Below, in pieces: positions 27,228-36,650 of a stretch of DNA of 64,000 nt. Within the stretch, counting starts at the first letter, position 1. Every line of letters begins with the position of its first letter. The DNA comes from an uncultured Candidatus Saccharibacteria bacterium. GTDB taxonomy: Bacteria > Patescibacteriota > Minisyncoccia > Phycocordibacterales > UBA2100. A program made the translations under genes and the position numbers. The stretch covers positions 65,800-129,799 of the forward strand of contig CAZZHR010000002.1 of assembly GCA_964654205.1 (NCBI GenBank), in the 5' to 3' direction. Below the pieces are notes generated by a model, which made no database searches, was not told the origin of the DNA, and was given only the letters and a program-made list of their open reading frames with translations.

Positions 27228-27298
27228 TACGCGCGCTTCTTGCGCTTCGTGGCCTTCTTTTTCTTGGCTGTCTTTTTCGCCTTCTTTTTCTTTGCCAT
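27228..27298 (-). CDS. Polylysine micro-ORF (23 aa: MAKKKKAKKTAKKKKATKRKKRA)
   Basis: ATG at 27298, TAG at 27228..27230, immediately followed by the terminator. About 74% Lys/Arg. No obvious SD sequence. Confidence 0.3.
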
Positions 27299-27758
27299 GG
27301 TCGTAAATATTTTGAGAGTATTAAACTCGACCTTCGCTTCGCGCGCGAAACGCTACAGCGTTTACATAATTATTGCACTCATGCATGTAAAGAAATGTTT
27401 TTTGAAAAAATTGTGTGGATAACTCTTTTATTTTTTAAAATGTATCTCTGATGTAGAAATCAGTTATATGAAATTACTTTCACAGGAAGATATTCAGTAC
27501 GTACTTGAGAAGACATTTCCTTCCGTACACTCCGCGTCGCTCGCCCATACGCAGAAACACCCTTCTGAGGGGTGTTTCTGAAAGACGCACAGCGGAGGAC
27601 GGGTGCGAGCTCCAAAAAAAGTGAAAGTCTTATGTGAGTGCCGCCGCCCTCCGCAATACGCCCTTTTAGTCCTACGACAAAGAGTAACACCCTGTCCTTG
27701 AGTGACAACCTCTATTCGTTGCACACTACTCAGATACGAGACTTGCGTATAATCAGCC

Positions 27759-27776
27759 ATGGCGGATTATAAACAA
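27759..27776. repeat. 18-bp direct repeat atggcggattataaacaa (copy 1, 3' of the PaaX/Cas2-like gene)
   Basis: Exact match to 28457..28474. Read on the minus strand it contains 'TTGTTTATAAT', a sigma70-like -10 element. Confidence 0.75.
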
Positions 27777-27786
27777 GCGCGTGAGC

Positions 27787-28437
27787 CTATCGTTCTCCCA
27801 AACCGAAGTGCACTCGCAAGGGTTTATCGTACTCGATTGCGTCCGCAATAATGTATCTCACCTCCGTTCGCAGCGATGCGTCTAGCTTCAGAAGCGTTAT
27901 GATTTCTTCACAATCATACGGGTGCACCCATACGCTGTTTTGCAATCGGTGAAAACCAAGTCTCTTTAATATTTCGCGTACACGATCTCGCGTAGAGCGC
28001 CGCGCATGCGGAATGTCGAATATCACGACTCGCCAACGTCCGTCCCATCGACGCGGCCTAGGTATTTCTACGGCCGAAAGCCGGATGCGTTCCGCATGTG
28101 ACTTTCCCCTCTCCGTCAGTATGGGGTAACGTTTGCCCGAGTGCCGCATAAACTCGACCATCCCTTTTTTCTTCAATCTCGAGAGTGTCTCCCGCAGCCT
28201 CTGCGTGGGCTGCGGGGGCAGGATTACATCAAGGTGTTCTCTTTTGATGAGCGCAGCGACTTTCGGCGCCATCACCGCTACCGTGAGAATTCCTCCGAGA
28301 GCGAGCGTACCTATCACAGCTCTTTCTATCGATCCGCGTCTCAACCGCAGACGAACTCCACTCTCCTGGGATACGCGCGATTCTTGCTCACGCCTCTTCT
28401 GGGTATTCTGTTTTTGCCGCATGAGTGCATTGTACAA
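27787..28437 (-). CDS. PaaX-like winged-helix regulator with C-terminal Cas2/VapD-like domain
   Basis: N-terminal 'RLRETLSRLKKKGMVEFMRHSGKRYPILTERGK' (PaaX-type wHTH, 'YxLTxxG'). C-terminal 'WRVVIFDIPHARRSTRDRVREILKRLGFHRLQNSVWVHPYDCEEI' matches the Cas2 core pattern (vvvYDI..rRR..v.k.L..yG.RvQnSVF). No cas1 or CRISPR nearby. Confidence 0.5.
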   Translation of the reverse strand: MYNALMRQKQNTQKRREQESRVSQESGVRLRLRRGSIERAVIGTLALGGILTVAVMAPKVAALIKREHLDVILPPQPTQRLRETLSRLKKKGMVEFMRHSGKRYPILTERGKSHAERIRLSAVEIPRPRRWDGRWRVVIFDIPHARRSTRDRVREILKRLGFHRLQNSVWVHPYDCEEIITLLKLDASLRTEVRYIIADAIEYDKPLRVHFGLGER

Positions 28438-28456
28438 ACTTGTTTATAACTCGCTA

Positions 28457-28474
28457 TGGCGGATTATAAACAAT
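28457..28474. promoter_or_regulatory. 18-bp direct repeat copy 2, 20 bp upstream of the 28437 start; putative promoter/operator
   Basis: Exact repeat. The minus strand reads 'ttgtttataatccgccat'. The adjacent 'tgtttataa' forms an inverted repeat with it. Confidence 0.5.
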
Positions 28475-28526
28475 TCAGGAATGTTCCCTTTAGTCCTGTT
28501 GTGCAGTGTGCATAAACTGAATACCG

Positions 28527-28546
28527 CCCTTTCGGGCGGTACTTCA
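28527..28546 (-). terminator. Hairpin ccgccc-tttc-gggcgg downstream of the O-antigen-ligase-like gene
   Basis: 6-bp GC stem. The minus strand is followed by 'tattcagtttatg'. Confidence 0.35.
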
Positions 28547-28622
28547 GCGACTTTCAATCTGCGAGCCACACTTTGTGGCACTCACGTATTCATTATATGT
28601 ACCGCGCAGCGACGCGCAAGTA

Positions 28623-30854
28623 CTAGAGTACTTCGGCCGTACCGGTACGTATCTGCTCAATGACAGGATCCGCCTGCTCTCCAATACCCGGGATAGCGCG
28701 CTTCGCTTCTTCGAGCGCCGCGATCGCCGCCGCGCGATTGCCGGAGAGGTAGTGTATCGCGGCAAGCGTGAAATAGAGCTGCGCATCCTGTGGATTTGCG
28801 CGGATGGCAGCTTCCCAAATCGGCACCGCGCGCACGAGCTGGTTGGTCGAGCGATACGCGGCGAGCACGCGCGAATCGGCCGCCTGGCCTTTCTCGACGT
28901 ATGGTGCGAGCACCTCTTCTCCCTCAGCCATCTGGCCGTTCAAAATGAGCCCAGAGCCGTAAAGCACGGCCGCAGTCGCGAATGACGCGTCGAGTTCGTG
29001 CGCCTGTTTGTAATACGAGAGCGCCGAGGCGGTATCGCCGCGCGCTATCGCGTTCTCCGCAAGCTGGAACATTATTGCCTGCTTTTTCGGAGAGTCTTCG
29101 AGCGCCCGTTCGTACGCTGCCTTCGCATCGTCGTGCAATCCATAGGCTCCATAGAGCACGCCGAGAAAGAGTGGAAAACGCGCATCCAGCGGCGACATGT
29201 CCTCCTGTTTCCGCATTTCCGATTCCGCGAGCGCAAAGAACTGCTGCTTCGTGGCCTCGGGTATGTCGAGCTGGCTCGCCTGTGCTGCCATTTGCGCGAG
29301 CTGCTCCCGGGCTTCCTGCATGCCAAATGTGCCGAGCTCAATCGACTGCCTCATGTACTCCAGATTCGTTGCAATCTGACCCTGCGGTGCGATCGCCTGG
29401 AGCAGAAGCCTGTTCGCAGCGAGCGGCTTTTGGTTGACACCCCATGCGAGGAAAAGCAGCGCGAGTGCACATGCGAGCGCGATGTACGGGATGTACGCAC
29501 GGTTGACTACTGCGCTCCAGAGCACTTTTGCTTCTTGCGCCTTACTGGCTCGATATGCGATAAACGCGAGCACCGTCCCAAAGAGGATGTAGCTTGTCAC
29601 GTTGTCGAAGACGAAGAAGTTGTGCACGAAGTAGCCCGCGAGGAGTCCCGTGAGTATCGAGCGCTCCGCTATCGAGAATCCATCCGGCCGTCCCGTCAAG
29701 ACACTTCGCCAGAGCGCGAATAGCGCAGCGAAGAATATCGAGAGATACGCGAGCAGGCCGAGCGTTCCCCCTGCGACCCACCAGTCGAAAATGATGTTGT
29801 GCACGCGGTCAAACCACGGCTCCTGGCTGTGCATGCGCGGGTCGTAGTACTTGTCGAAAACGAGCGCGTAATTCTCCTGACCCCAGCCCAAAATGGGCTT
29901 CTCCTGTACACCCTGCCATGCCATCTGCCAGTTGATGAATCGCGCCTTCGTCGTCGCGTCGTCGAGTGAGATGGTCGCAAGACGCTGGAGGAAGCCGATG
30001 CGCTGCACCCACGTCTGCTCTTTCACTAAGAAGAACCCGCCGATAATGACGAGGAGCCCTACCACCATCGCCGCCGACGCTCTCCATGCGTTGCGCGAAT
30101 TTTGAGCCTGCATGAGCACGAGCAGCGCGGAAAGGAGCGCGCCGCCGACGAGACCGAGAATCGCACCGCGCGTACCGGTGAGGAGAAGTGCGATGGTGTC
30201 GAGCACAATGATAGAGCCGTACATAAGCGAGATGCCGACGCGCTTTCCCTCGCCCCTTTCCACCCACTGCTGCGCCCAGAGCATCGCCGCGAGGAATATG
30301 TGGAACAGCATGTATGCAGCGAAGTAGATGGGGTTGCCGAATGTCGCGTCGATGCGGCCGCTCAGTCCCGCTGCTCCACCCTGACCGAGTGCAATCTGGC
30401 CGGTAACTTGGAAGAGGCCGTATATCGAGAGGTACGCCGAGACGCCGAGCGTCGTCCACCACAGCCACCGCCAGAGTTTCTCCGTCTGGAGCATCGAGGC
30501 TGCAACCACGGTGTAGACGAGGAGATGGGCAAGCGTCACCCACCCGTCCATGCGCTCGTAGTTGCTCCAGATGCTCTTAAAGGGGTATTCGCCGAAGATG
30601 TCGGCAAGCCCGATGATGGCAACAAATACAGCGAGTGCCGCGAGCACCCATGAGCGCCGGGGTCTATACGCGGGATTGACGAGTGCGAGCGCGAGCCACG
30701 CTGCCGCGCTTATCTCGACAACGATGCGAAAGGCGAAGTTTTTACCCGTGATGTAGGGGAAAAAGAGCGACGAAGTGACGAGGAGGCACACGAAGGGGAG
30801 CGCAAATACGCCAGCAAGGGCAATGAATCGGAGCGTCTTCTCAAGGACAGTCAT
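28623..30854 (-). CDS. O-antigen ligase/polymerase-like (Wzy_C) polytopic membrane protein with C-terminal TPR repeats
   Basis: About 12 TM helices plus a 'RFINWQMAWQGVQEKPILGWGQENYALVF' periplasmic loop typical of the WaaL/Wzy_C family. C-terminal ~250 aa of TPR-like repeats. Start trimmed to 'MTVLEKTL'. Confidence 0.7.
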   Translation of the reverse strand: MTVLEKTLRFIALAGVFALPFVCLLVTSSLFFPYITGKNFAFRIVVEISAAAWLALALVNPAYRPRRSWVLAALAVFVAIIGLADIFGEYPFKSIWSNYERMDGWVTLAHLLVYTVVAASMLQTEKLWRWLWWTTLGVSAYLSIYGLFQVTGQIALGQGGAAGLSGRIDATFGNPIYFAAYMLFHIFLAAMLWAQQWVERGEGKRVGISLMYGSIIVLDTIALLLTGTRGAILGLVGGALLSALLVLMQAQNSRNAWRASAAMVVGLLVIIGGFFLVKEQTWVQRIGFLQRLATISLDDATTKARFINWQMAWQGVQEKPILGWGQENYALVFDKYYDPRMHSQEPWFDRVHNIIFDWWVAGGTLGLLAYLSIFFAALFALWRSVLTGRPDGFSIAERSILTGLLAGYFVHNFFVFDNVTSYILFGTVLAFIAYRASKAQEAKVLWSAVVNRAYIPYIALACALALLFLAWGVNQKPLAANRLLLQAIAPQGQIATNLEYMRQSIELGTFGMQEAREQLAQMAAQASQLDIPEATKQQFFALAESEMRKQEDMSPLDARFPLFLGVLYGAYGLHDDAKAAYERALEDSPKKQAIMFQLAENAIARGDTASALSYYKQAHELDASFATAAVLYGSGLILNGQMAEGEEVLAPYVEKGQAADSRVLAAYRSTNQLVRAVPIWEAAIRANPQDAQLYFTLAAIHYLSGNRAAAIAALEEAKRAIPGIGEQADPVIEQIRTGTAEVL

Positions 30855-30867
30855 AGCCGGGATTCTA

Positions 30868-31686
30868 TCACGAACGCTTCTTGCGCGTCGGCCGGCCATG
30901 GTCGTCTTCGATGCGGACAATGTCCTCCTCATCGAAATCGCCGTATGCGACCTCCACGACGATGCCGCCTTTCTTCGACTCGAGCCTGTGTACCTGTTTC
31001 TTGCCCACACAGTACGTCTCGCCCCTTTTGAGCCTCACCTGCTCCGCTTTGCCCTTTGCATCGTGGAGGGTCGCTAAGGCATCGCCCTCTACAAGGAGCC
31101 AGCACTCGCTGCGACGATGATGGTATTGCAGACTCAACCGACTCTTGGGCTTTATGTAAATGGTCTTGAGATTCCAGTCCTTGCCACTGTCCCAGCCGTA
31201 GTATTCGCCCCACGGCCGTACTGTTTTCTTCACCGGTTTTGCCGCTTTCGCGATCATCCAGGACGAAGACTGTACTTTCCCTCCGTGACCAACTCGGTAC
31301 TTCCGCGCGATGCCGAGCTCGATGCACACAGAGTCCTCTGGCGTATTCGACTGTACCCTGTCGCCGCCATTGGCGAAGACGTGCGGGCGCAGCTTCCGGA
31401 GCGTGCGCGAGACACTCATATCGGGGTCGTTCTCCGCGTGGTCGGTGAGCACCACCTTGTCGACGAACGGGAGCGACCGTATCATCTCTGCGCGCTCTTT
31501 CTCCGGCATAAAAGCGAAACCTTTCTTAGACTTGAGCCAATTGTCATTGTTGATGATGACAACAAGCTTGTCGCCGAGCTTCTTTGCCTCCTTAAACATA
31601 CGCACATGTCCGATATGGAGTGGGTCGAACCCCCCCGACACAGCGACCCATCGAACCTTTTTGCTACCGTATCGTGCCTTGGCCAT
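30868..31686 (-). CDS. Cytidylyltransferase-like (HxGH) nucleotidyltransferase fused to a C-terminal cupin domain
   Basis: 'VAVSGGFDPLHIGHVRMFKEAKKLGD' (HIGH motif). C-terminal 'WGEYYG...LQYHHRRSECWLLVEGDA' is a cupin_2-like domain, as in the type II mannose-6-phosphate isomerase C-terminus. Confidence 0.65.
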   Translation of the reverse strand: MAKARYGSKKVRWVAVSGGFDPLHIGHVRMFKEAKKLGDKLVVIINNDNWLKSKKGFAFMPEKERAEMIRSLPFVDKVVLTDHAENDPDMSVSRTLRKLRPHVFANGGDRVQSNTPEDSVCIELGIARKYRVGHGGKVQSSSWMIAKAAKPVKKTVRPWGEYYGWDSGKDWNLKTIYIKPKSRLSLQYHHRRSECWLLVEGDALATLHDAKGKAEQVRLKRGETYCVGKKQVHRLESKKGGIVVEVAYGDFDEEDIVRIEDDHGRPTRKKRS

Positions 31687-31718
31687 AGTGGCGTCATCCT
31701 AGCAGAGAGGGCGCACGC

Positions 31719-32459
31719 ATGCGAACTCCTCTATATAATAGGGCTGTGGCGCATATATCACTTATCTTACCCGCGATAGACGAGACGAATTCGCTAGAAG
31801 AGACTGTCCGACTTTCACGTAAGGCACTTTCGTCGCACGACCTCGAGTTTCTCATCGTGACATCTCCCGCCTTTACGACAGGTCCTTGTCTTCGCACAAT
31901 CGAGAATCTGACGACCAACAACCCCGACATTCGACACATCGTGCAAACACTGCCGGGTGTCGGCGGCGCCATACGTAATGCGTTCGATGTTGCGAAGGGC
32001 GAATACACGGTACTCATGGCGAGCGACCTTGAGACTGACCCCGTCGCACTTCCGGCACTCATACAAAAATTGGAGGATGGATTCGACATCGCCGCTACGA
32101 CCCGGTGGCGCGGTGGCGCACATTTCGTAGGCTACCATCCTGTGAAACTTGTATTCAACTACGCATTTCAAAAACTATTTCGCATACTCTACTGGACAGA
32201 CCTCACAGACATGACATACGCATACCGCGCGTACCGCACACCAATAGTAAAACGCATCAGGTGGGAAGAAACGCGGCATCCTTTCCTTTTCGAGAGTATC
32301 GTGAAGCCACTGCGGCTGGGGTACAGAGTGACCGAAGTCGACACCTCATGGAAAGCTCGTTCGGAAGGCGTCTCGCACGGACGACTCACGGACACTCTGA
32401 ACTACGCAAAAGTAGGTCTCAGAGTCCGCTTTATGCCCGCGTCGGAGTTGGTATACTAG
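31719..32459 (+). CDS. Family 2 glycosyltransferase (polyprenyl-phosphate sugar transferase-like, ArnC/DPM1-like)
   Basis: GT-A fold, 'ISLILPAIDE' and 'DLETDP' (DxD region), 246 aa. Confidence 0.7.
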   Translation: MRTPLYNRAVAHISLILPAIDETNSLEETVRLSRKALSSHDLEFLIVTSPAFTTGPCLRTIENLTTNNPDIRHIVQTLPGVGGAIRNAFDVAKGEYTVLMASDLETDPVALPALIQKLEDGFDIAATTRWRGGAHFVGYHPVKLVFNYAFQKLFRILYWTDLTDMTYAYRAYRTPIVKRIRWEETRHPFLFESIVKPLRLGYRVTEVDTSWKARSEGVSHGRLTDTLNYAKVGLRVRFMPASELVY

Positions 32460-32559
32460 CCGCAACTCATATGCGTCCAGCTCTCATCACCCCGATACCA
32501 CAATGCTACGCATTGGCTACGGGGCAGGCCGGCGGCATACCTGGTGAGATTTCCTGACT

Positions 32560-33627
32560 ATGAAAAACAAACCGACACTGATTACTGGAGGTTGCGGCTT
32601 CGTTGGACGCCACCTCACGAAAAGCCTCATCGAACGAGGCTATCGAGAAATATGGATTATTGACAACATCGCTCTTGAGAGTGCACACCGTCCACACAGC
32701 TGGCTCTCGGCACGATGGCAAGAGTCCAGTGAGGGCGACGCGCTCATGTATAAGAAAGATGATGTATCGATACGATTCCTCGAGCGCGACGCGCTCGAAG
32801 TGTTCGCTACCCAGCCCGCCGGCGAATTTCCTCAGTTCGGCGATGTCTTCCACCTTGCTTCTATTGTAGGCGGGCGAACGCTTATCGATGGTGACCCCCT
32901 CCTCGTCGCACGTGACCTCGGTATCGATGCCGCGCTATTTCTTTGGCTCTCCCGTGATTCTATGCGCGCCGAACGCGTACTGTACGCTTCATCATCCGCT
33001 GCCTATCCCACGAGACTCCAGGGAGAGAGTGGTGCTGTCGCGCTCAAAGAGTCATTCATAGAATTCTCGGGCGGAACGCTTGGCCAGCCGGACATGACAT
33101 ACGGCTGGGCGAAACTCACCGGCGAGTACCTCGCAAAGCTCGCGCACGAAAAGTACGGCATGCACGTCGCCTGCGTCCGACCATTTTCCGGATATGGGGA
33201 GGATCAAGACCTCACATATCCCACCCCATCTATCGCTCTGCGTGTCGCACGCGGTGACGACCCCATAGAGGTTTGGGGTACCGGTACGCAAGGGCGCGAT
33301 TTCGTGCACATTGACGACTGCGTCGACGCATTCTTCGCTGTACTCGAGAAAGTGTCCGACGGCTCCGCCATCAATATCGGCACTGGGACGCCCACGACAT
33401 TCATTGAATTGATAGAACGCATGCTTACACTCGAAGGTCGTGCAGCAGGAATCAAGCCTCTTTCTGACAAACCGGTCGGAGTGACGACGCGATATGCGGA
33501 CACTACTATGATGGACGAGCGAGTACAGTGGCAGCCGAAAATATCGCTCGACGAGGGACTGCGCCGTGTACTCGACGGTGCGAGACAACGCCTCGCGGGA
33601 AACCCGCTTCCATTCTGCATCGTATGA
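32560..33627 (+). CDS. NAD-dependent epimerase/dehydratase (extended SDR)
   Basis: 'LITGGCGFVGRHL' Rossmann motif plus a YxxxK region. Confidence 0.75.
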   Translation: MKNKPTLITGGCGFVGRHLTKSLIERGYREIWIIDNIALESAHRPHSWLSARWQESSEGDALMYKKDDVSIRFLERDALEVFATQPAGEFPQFGDVFHLASIVGGRTLIDGDPLLVARDLGIDAALFLWLSRDSMRAERVLYASSSAAYPTRLQGESGAVALKESFIEFSGGTLGQPDMTYGWAKLTGEYLAKLAHEKYGMHVACVRPFSGYGEDQDLTYPTPSIALRVARGDDPIEVWGTGTQGRDFVHIDDCVDAFFAVLEKVSDGSAINIGTGTPTTFIELIERMLTLEGRAAGIKPLSDKPVGVTTRYADTTMMDERVQWQPKISLDEGLRRVLDGARQRLAGNPLPFCIV

Positions 33628-34724
33628 AGACGGCAATCGTCACCACAACGATATACGTGCCGAGACTCTTGGCTTCCTATGCCGACGACGCAAAGAAGCA
33701 CGGACACAACCCTATCTTTATCGTAGTCGCGGACAAGAAAACACCGCCGGAGGCCGAGGCGTTCTGCGCAGAACTCGCGAAAACATCGGGGTTTCGCGTC
33801 GAGTACTTTACGGTCGAGCGTCAGGACGAATACCTCTCTCGCTTCCCTGCACTGAAGGCTCACTTACCGTGGAATTGCATCCAGAGGCGCAATGTCGGGC
33901 TCCTCTATGCGTTTGAAGAAGGTTGCGAGACGATTATTACGATTGACGACGACAACTTCCGCGTAACTGAAGACTACATAGGAGCGCATGTTGTCAGCGG
34001 CGAGCGCGAGTGCGACGTAATCTCGACGACAACAGGCTGGCTCAACGTGTGTACTACTCTGAAAGAAAAGCACGGCCGGACTTTCTATCACCGCGGCTTC
34101 CCCCTCGAGAAGCGTCATCTTGAAGAAAACTGGAAGACACAAACACAGACCGTGCGGCCAGTCGTCAACGCCGGTCTCTGGCTCGGCGACCCGGACGTCG
34201 ACGCCATGGAGCGGCTCTACTGGTCCAATGAGCCGACAGAAGCGACCGAATACACAAGCACGCAAAACTACGCTCCGTCAAAGGGCATATGGACGCCTTT
34301 CAATTCACAGAACACCGCCATTGCGCGCCGAGCTATCCCCGCGTATTTTCTCAGTCCCATGGTCGGCCGGTACGATGACATTTGGGCCGCCTACATCATC
34401 AAAAGAATCGCGGACCACCTTGGCGAGTCCATCGTTTTCGGCGAACCTATCGTTCGACAAGAGCGGAACCCGCACAACTATTGGAAAGATCTCGACAATG
34501 AACGCTACGGGCATGCGCTCACTCTTCGTTTTACGCAGGTGCTCGATTCGATTGACCTAGAGGGAAAGGATTACGGCGAGTGCTACGCGGAACTCGTCGA
34601 CTCGCTGCCGACTACATTTACGTCGCTTGGCAAACTCTCCGACGTGGAGGACGCGTTCGTCGCCGGGTATTTTGAGGGTATGAGAGTATGGCGCGAGACA
34701 TTCCCTACCCAGCCCGGACAGTAA
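33624..34724 (+). CDS. Putative glycosyltransferase (RGP/GT75-like; DxD 'ITIDDDNF')
   Basis: Start trimmed to 'MKTAIVTTTIYVP' (ATGA overlap with the upstream stop). Weak resemblance to reversibly-glycosylated-polypeptide-type transferases. Confidence 0.4.
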   Translation: MKTAIVTTTIYVPRLLASYADDAKKHGHNPIFIVVADKKTPPEAEAFCAELAKTSGFRVEYFTVERQDEYLSRFPALKAHLPWNCIQRRNVGLLYAFEEGCETIITIDDDNFRVTEDYIGAHVVSGERECDVISTTTGWLNVCTTLKEKHGRTFYHRGFPLEKRHLEENWKTQTQTVRPVVNAGLWLGDPDVDAMERLYWSNEPTEATEYTSTQNYAPSKGIWTPFNSQNTAIARRAIPAYFLSPMVGRYDDIWAAYIIKRIADHLGESIVFGEPIVRQERNPHNYWKDLDNERYGHALTLRFTQVLDSIDLEGKDYGECYAELVDSLPTTFTSLGKLSDVEDAFVAGYFEGMRVWRETFPTQPGQ

Positions 34725-35055
34725 CGACGACACCAAGCAGTATCATCGCCAGGCCTATGGCCTGGAAAAGGGTGATGCGCTCGCCGAGGAGAATCGCTGC
34801 ACCTGTAGTGAGCACAAACGTCATACCTATCATAATGGGGTAGCCTACGGCGAGCGGCACAGAGCGCAGCGCGAGGAGGTAGAAACCGAGATTGAGTGCA
34901 AAGAGGACAGCAGCGCTCGCAGCGTACAGATGAGCAGCCGTGAACTCAAACCTAAACAATGCAGAAAAGGAAAACTGATTCGCAGCAGCAAACTTGAGCA
35001 GCACGTTCGCTGCAGCGTTGAGCGTGAAAGCGAGTGCGAGAAACATTAGGTTCAT
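34705..35055 (-). CDS. Small 4-TM SMR/EamA-like transporter (ArnE/ArnF-like flippase subunit candidate)
   Basis: 116 aa, four hydrophobic helices. Size and topology are typical of SMR/ArnE-F proteins. Confidence 0.5.
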   Translation of the reverse strand: MNLMFLALAFTLNAAANVLLKFAAANQFSFSALFRFEFTAAHLYAASAAVLFALNLGFYLLALRSVPLAVGYPIMIGMTFVLTTGAAILLGERITLFQAIGLAMILLGVVVTVRAG

Positions 35056-35069
35056 AGCGTAAGTCTATA

Positions 35070-36614
35070 CTATTCGTCCGACGGTAGCGTGCGCCAAATA
35101 CCGATACCTTTCTCGCCGCCTACCCTATGAATCTCCGAAAGATTCGCCCATGGGCTCTCGACACCCAAGAACTGCCTGTAACGATACTGGATATAGAGAT
35201 CAAAATCTGCAAGATAACCAATATGCTCCTCATCGAGATACGCCCAGAGTCTGCGCTCTCGGAGAGCAGAGGCCGCTTCATTGTTCACAAGCCCGTCGAG
35301 ATTAACGATTCTATGCTCGGAGAAATAGGCTTGCACGCCCGCGTTGAATACACCTATCGTAGAATTCTCGGGCAGGTTCTCGTTCATCCAATGCGCAGCC
35401 TCGTACATGACAAGTTGCTGCGACTGCGCATACCGAAGATCTTTTTCCCAAGCGAAAACAAAAAGGGCTCCGACAGCAAGCGCACAAACTGCTGACGGGA
35501 GTGGTCGCAGCCACCCCCCTTCCCGCCACCTTCCGAGCATCCAGGCTACGAATAGGACGAAGAAGATATTGAACGCCACAAAGTACCATTCTCGAAACGT
35601 CCATCGAATGCTCGCGCTGGTTATGAAATGAAGCAATGTCCCCGCAAAAAGAAAAGCTTCTACTGGCATTTTCAGATTCACAAACCGCTCTCGTGCAGAG
35701 ATTGCCCACGCAATAACTGCACCAATAAACATGAGCGCCAAGAGAGGCGCGCCAGTTTGGTCGATAACCTGGCGTACTGCGCGCTCTGTCATGTATACGA
35801 CTGCTTTCATCTGCACGAAAAGACCCTCTCCGTTGTCTACTTTCACCAATTCATGATTTACGATAGTTGAGGAAACAGACGAAGATGTGAACAGCATGCC
35901 GAAATTCACGAAATTCCACGCAAGCCACGGTGCAACAAAGACTGTCGCTACTAGGCCAGCAGCAATTGAGTGTCGAATACCGACTACGAAGCCGTGTCGA
36001 TACATTAGAAACACGAAAAAGAGCAAGAGGTAGAATACATTGTCGAGTCGGGCAAGCATGAGGAGACCCGCCGCGGCTCCGACGAACAGAAGTCGAAGCA
36101 TTGTCGGCGACTCACTGTAACGGACAGCGGCGAGCACGGTAGTAGATAGAAGCGCCAATGACAGCGGCGTTTCAAGTCCTGACGACATTCCGTAGAGGAC
36201 AAATGGATTGAAGAGCCAGAGTGCTAGTGCACTGGCTTGTACCCAGACACTATTCGTGTACCGGCGCAGAATGAATAAAAGGGTCACTGCGGTCAATGCG
36301 CTCAGAAGCACCGAGAGTGCAAGCGCCGCCCGGACGGGTTCGATATCCATTTCACTGCCCGTGGAAAATATTGAGAAGATTCCCGTGAGCATGACGAGCC
36401 AAAGCGGATGAAATCCATTCGTCGGATTCTCGCCGTCAAAGGTCACGCCGTTCCCCTCAATGATATTGCGCGCGATTTGGAAATAGTAGAATGAATCATC
36501 AGGGATAAGATCCGAGAGCCAGAAAGAGAGCGGCTGAAAGACCATCCACAGCTGGAGTATTAAGCCGACTGCAACAGTCAGGTACGGCAGCGGTCGCGCA
36601 GTCATACGAGTCAA
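35070..36614 (-). CDS. Polytopic membrane glycosyltransferase-like protein (GT-C fold, ArnT/PMT-like)
   Basis: At least 12 TM helices. N-terminal 'DDSFYYFQIARNI' resembles the DE/DD loop motif of GT-C (GT39/GT83) enzymes. Confidence 0.5.
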   Translation of the reverse strand: MTRMTARPLPYLTVAVGLILQLWMVFQPLSFWLSDLIPDDSFYYFQIARNIIEGNGVTFDGENPTNGFHPLWLVMLTGIFSIFSTGSEMDIEPVRAALALSVLLSALTAVTLLFILRRYTNSVWVQASALALWLFNPFVLYGMSSGLETPLSLALLSTTVLAAVRYSESPTMLRLLFVGAAAGLLMLARLDNVFYLLLFFVFLMYRHGFVVGIRHSIAAGLVATVFVAPWLAWNFVNFGMLFTSSSVSSTIVNHELVKVDNGEGLFVQMKAVVYMTERAVRQVIDQTGAPLLALMFIGAVIAWAISARERFVNLKMPVEAFLFAGTLLHFITSASIRWTFREWYFVAFNIFFVLFVAWMLGRWREGGWLRPLPSAVCALAVGALFVFAWEKDLRYAQSQQLVMYEAAHWMNENLPENSTIGVFNAGVQAYFSEHRIVNLDGLVNNEAASALRERRLWAYLDEEHIGYLADFDLYIQYRYRQFLGVESPWANLSEIHRVGGEKGIGIWRTLPSDE

Positions 36615-36650
36615 TGGATTCTAGCGAGTACAGTATGGCATACTACCCGC

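Noticed and set aside
27551-27580. 10-bp-stem hairpin as an intrinsic terminator
   Set aside because: There is no U-tract on either strand, so it is more likely part of a structured RNA or leader.
33528-33623. Upstream extension of the RGP-like gene overlapping the SDR gene by 100 bp
   Set aside because: An internal Met at 33624 gives a clean ATGA stop/start junction, and the N-terminal extension is Arg-rich junk.
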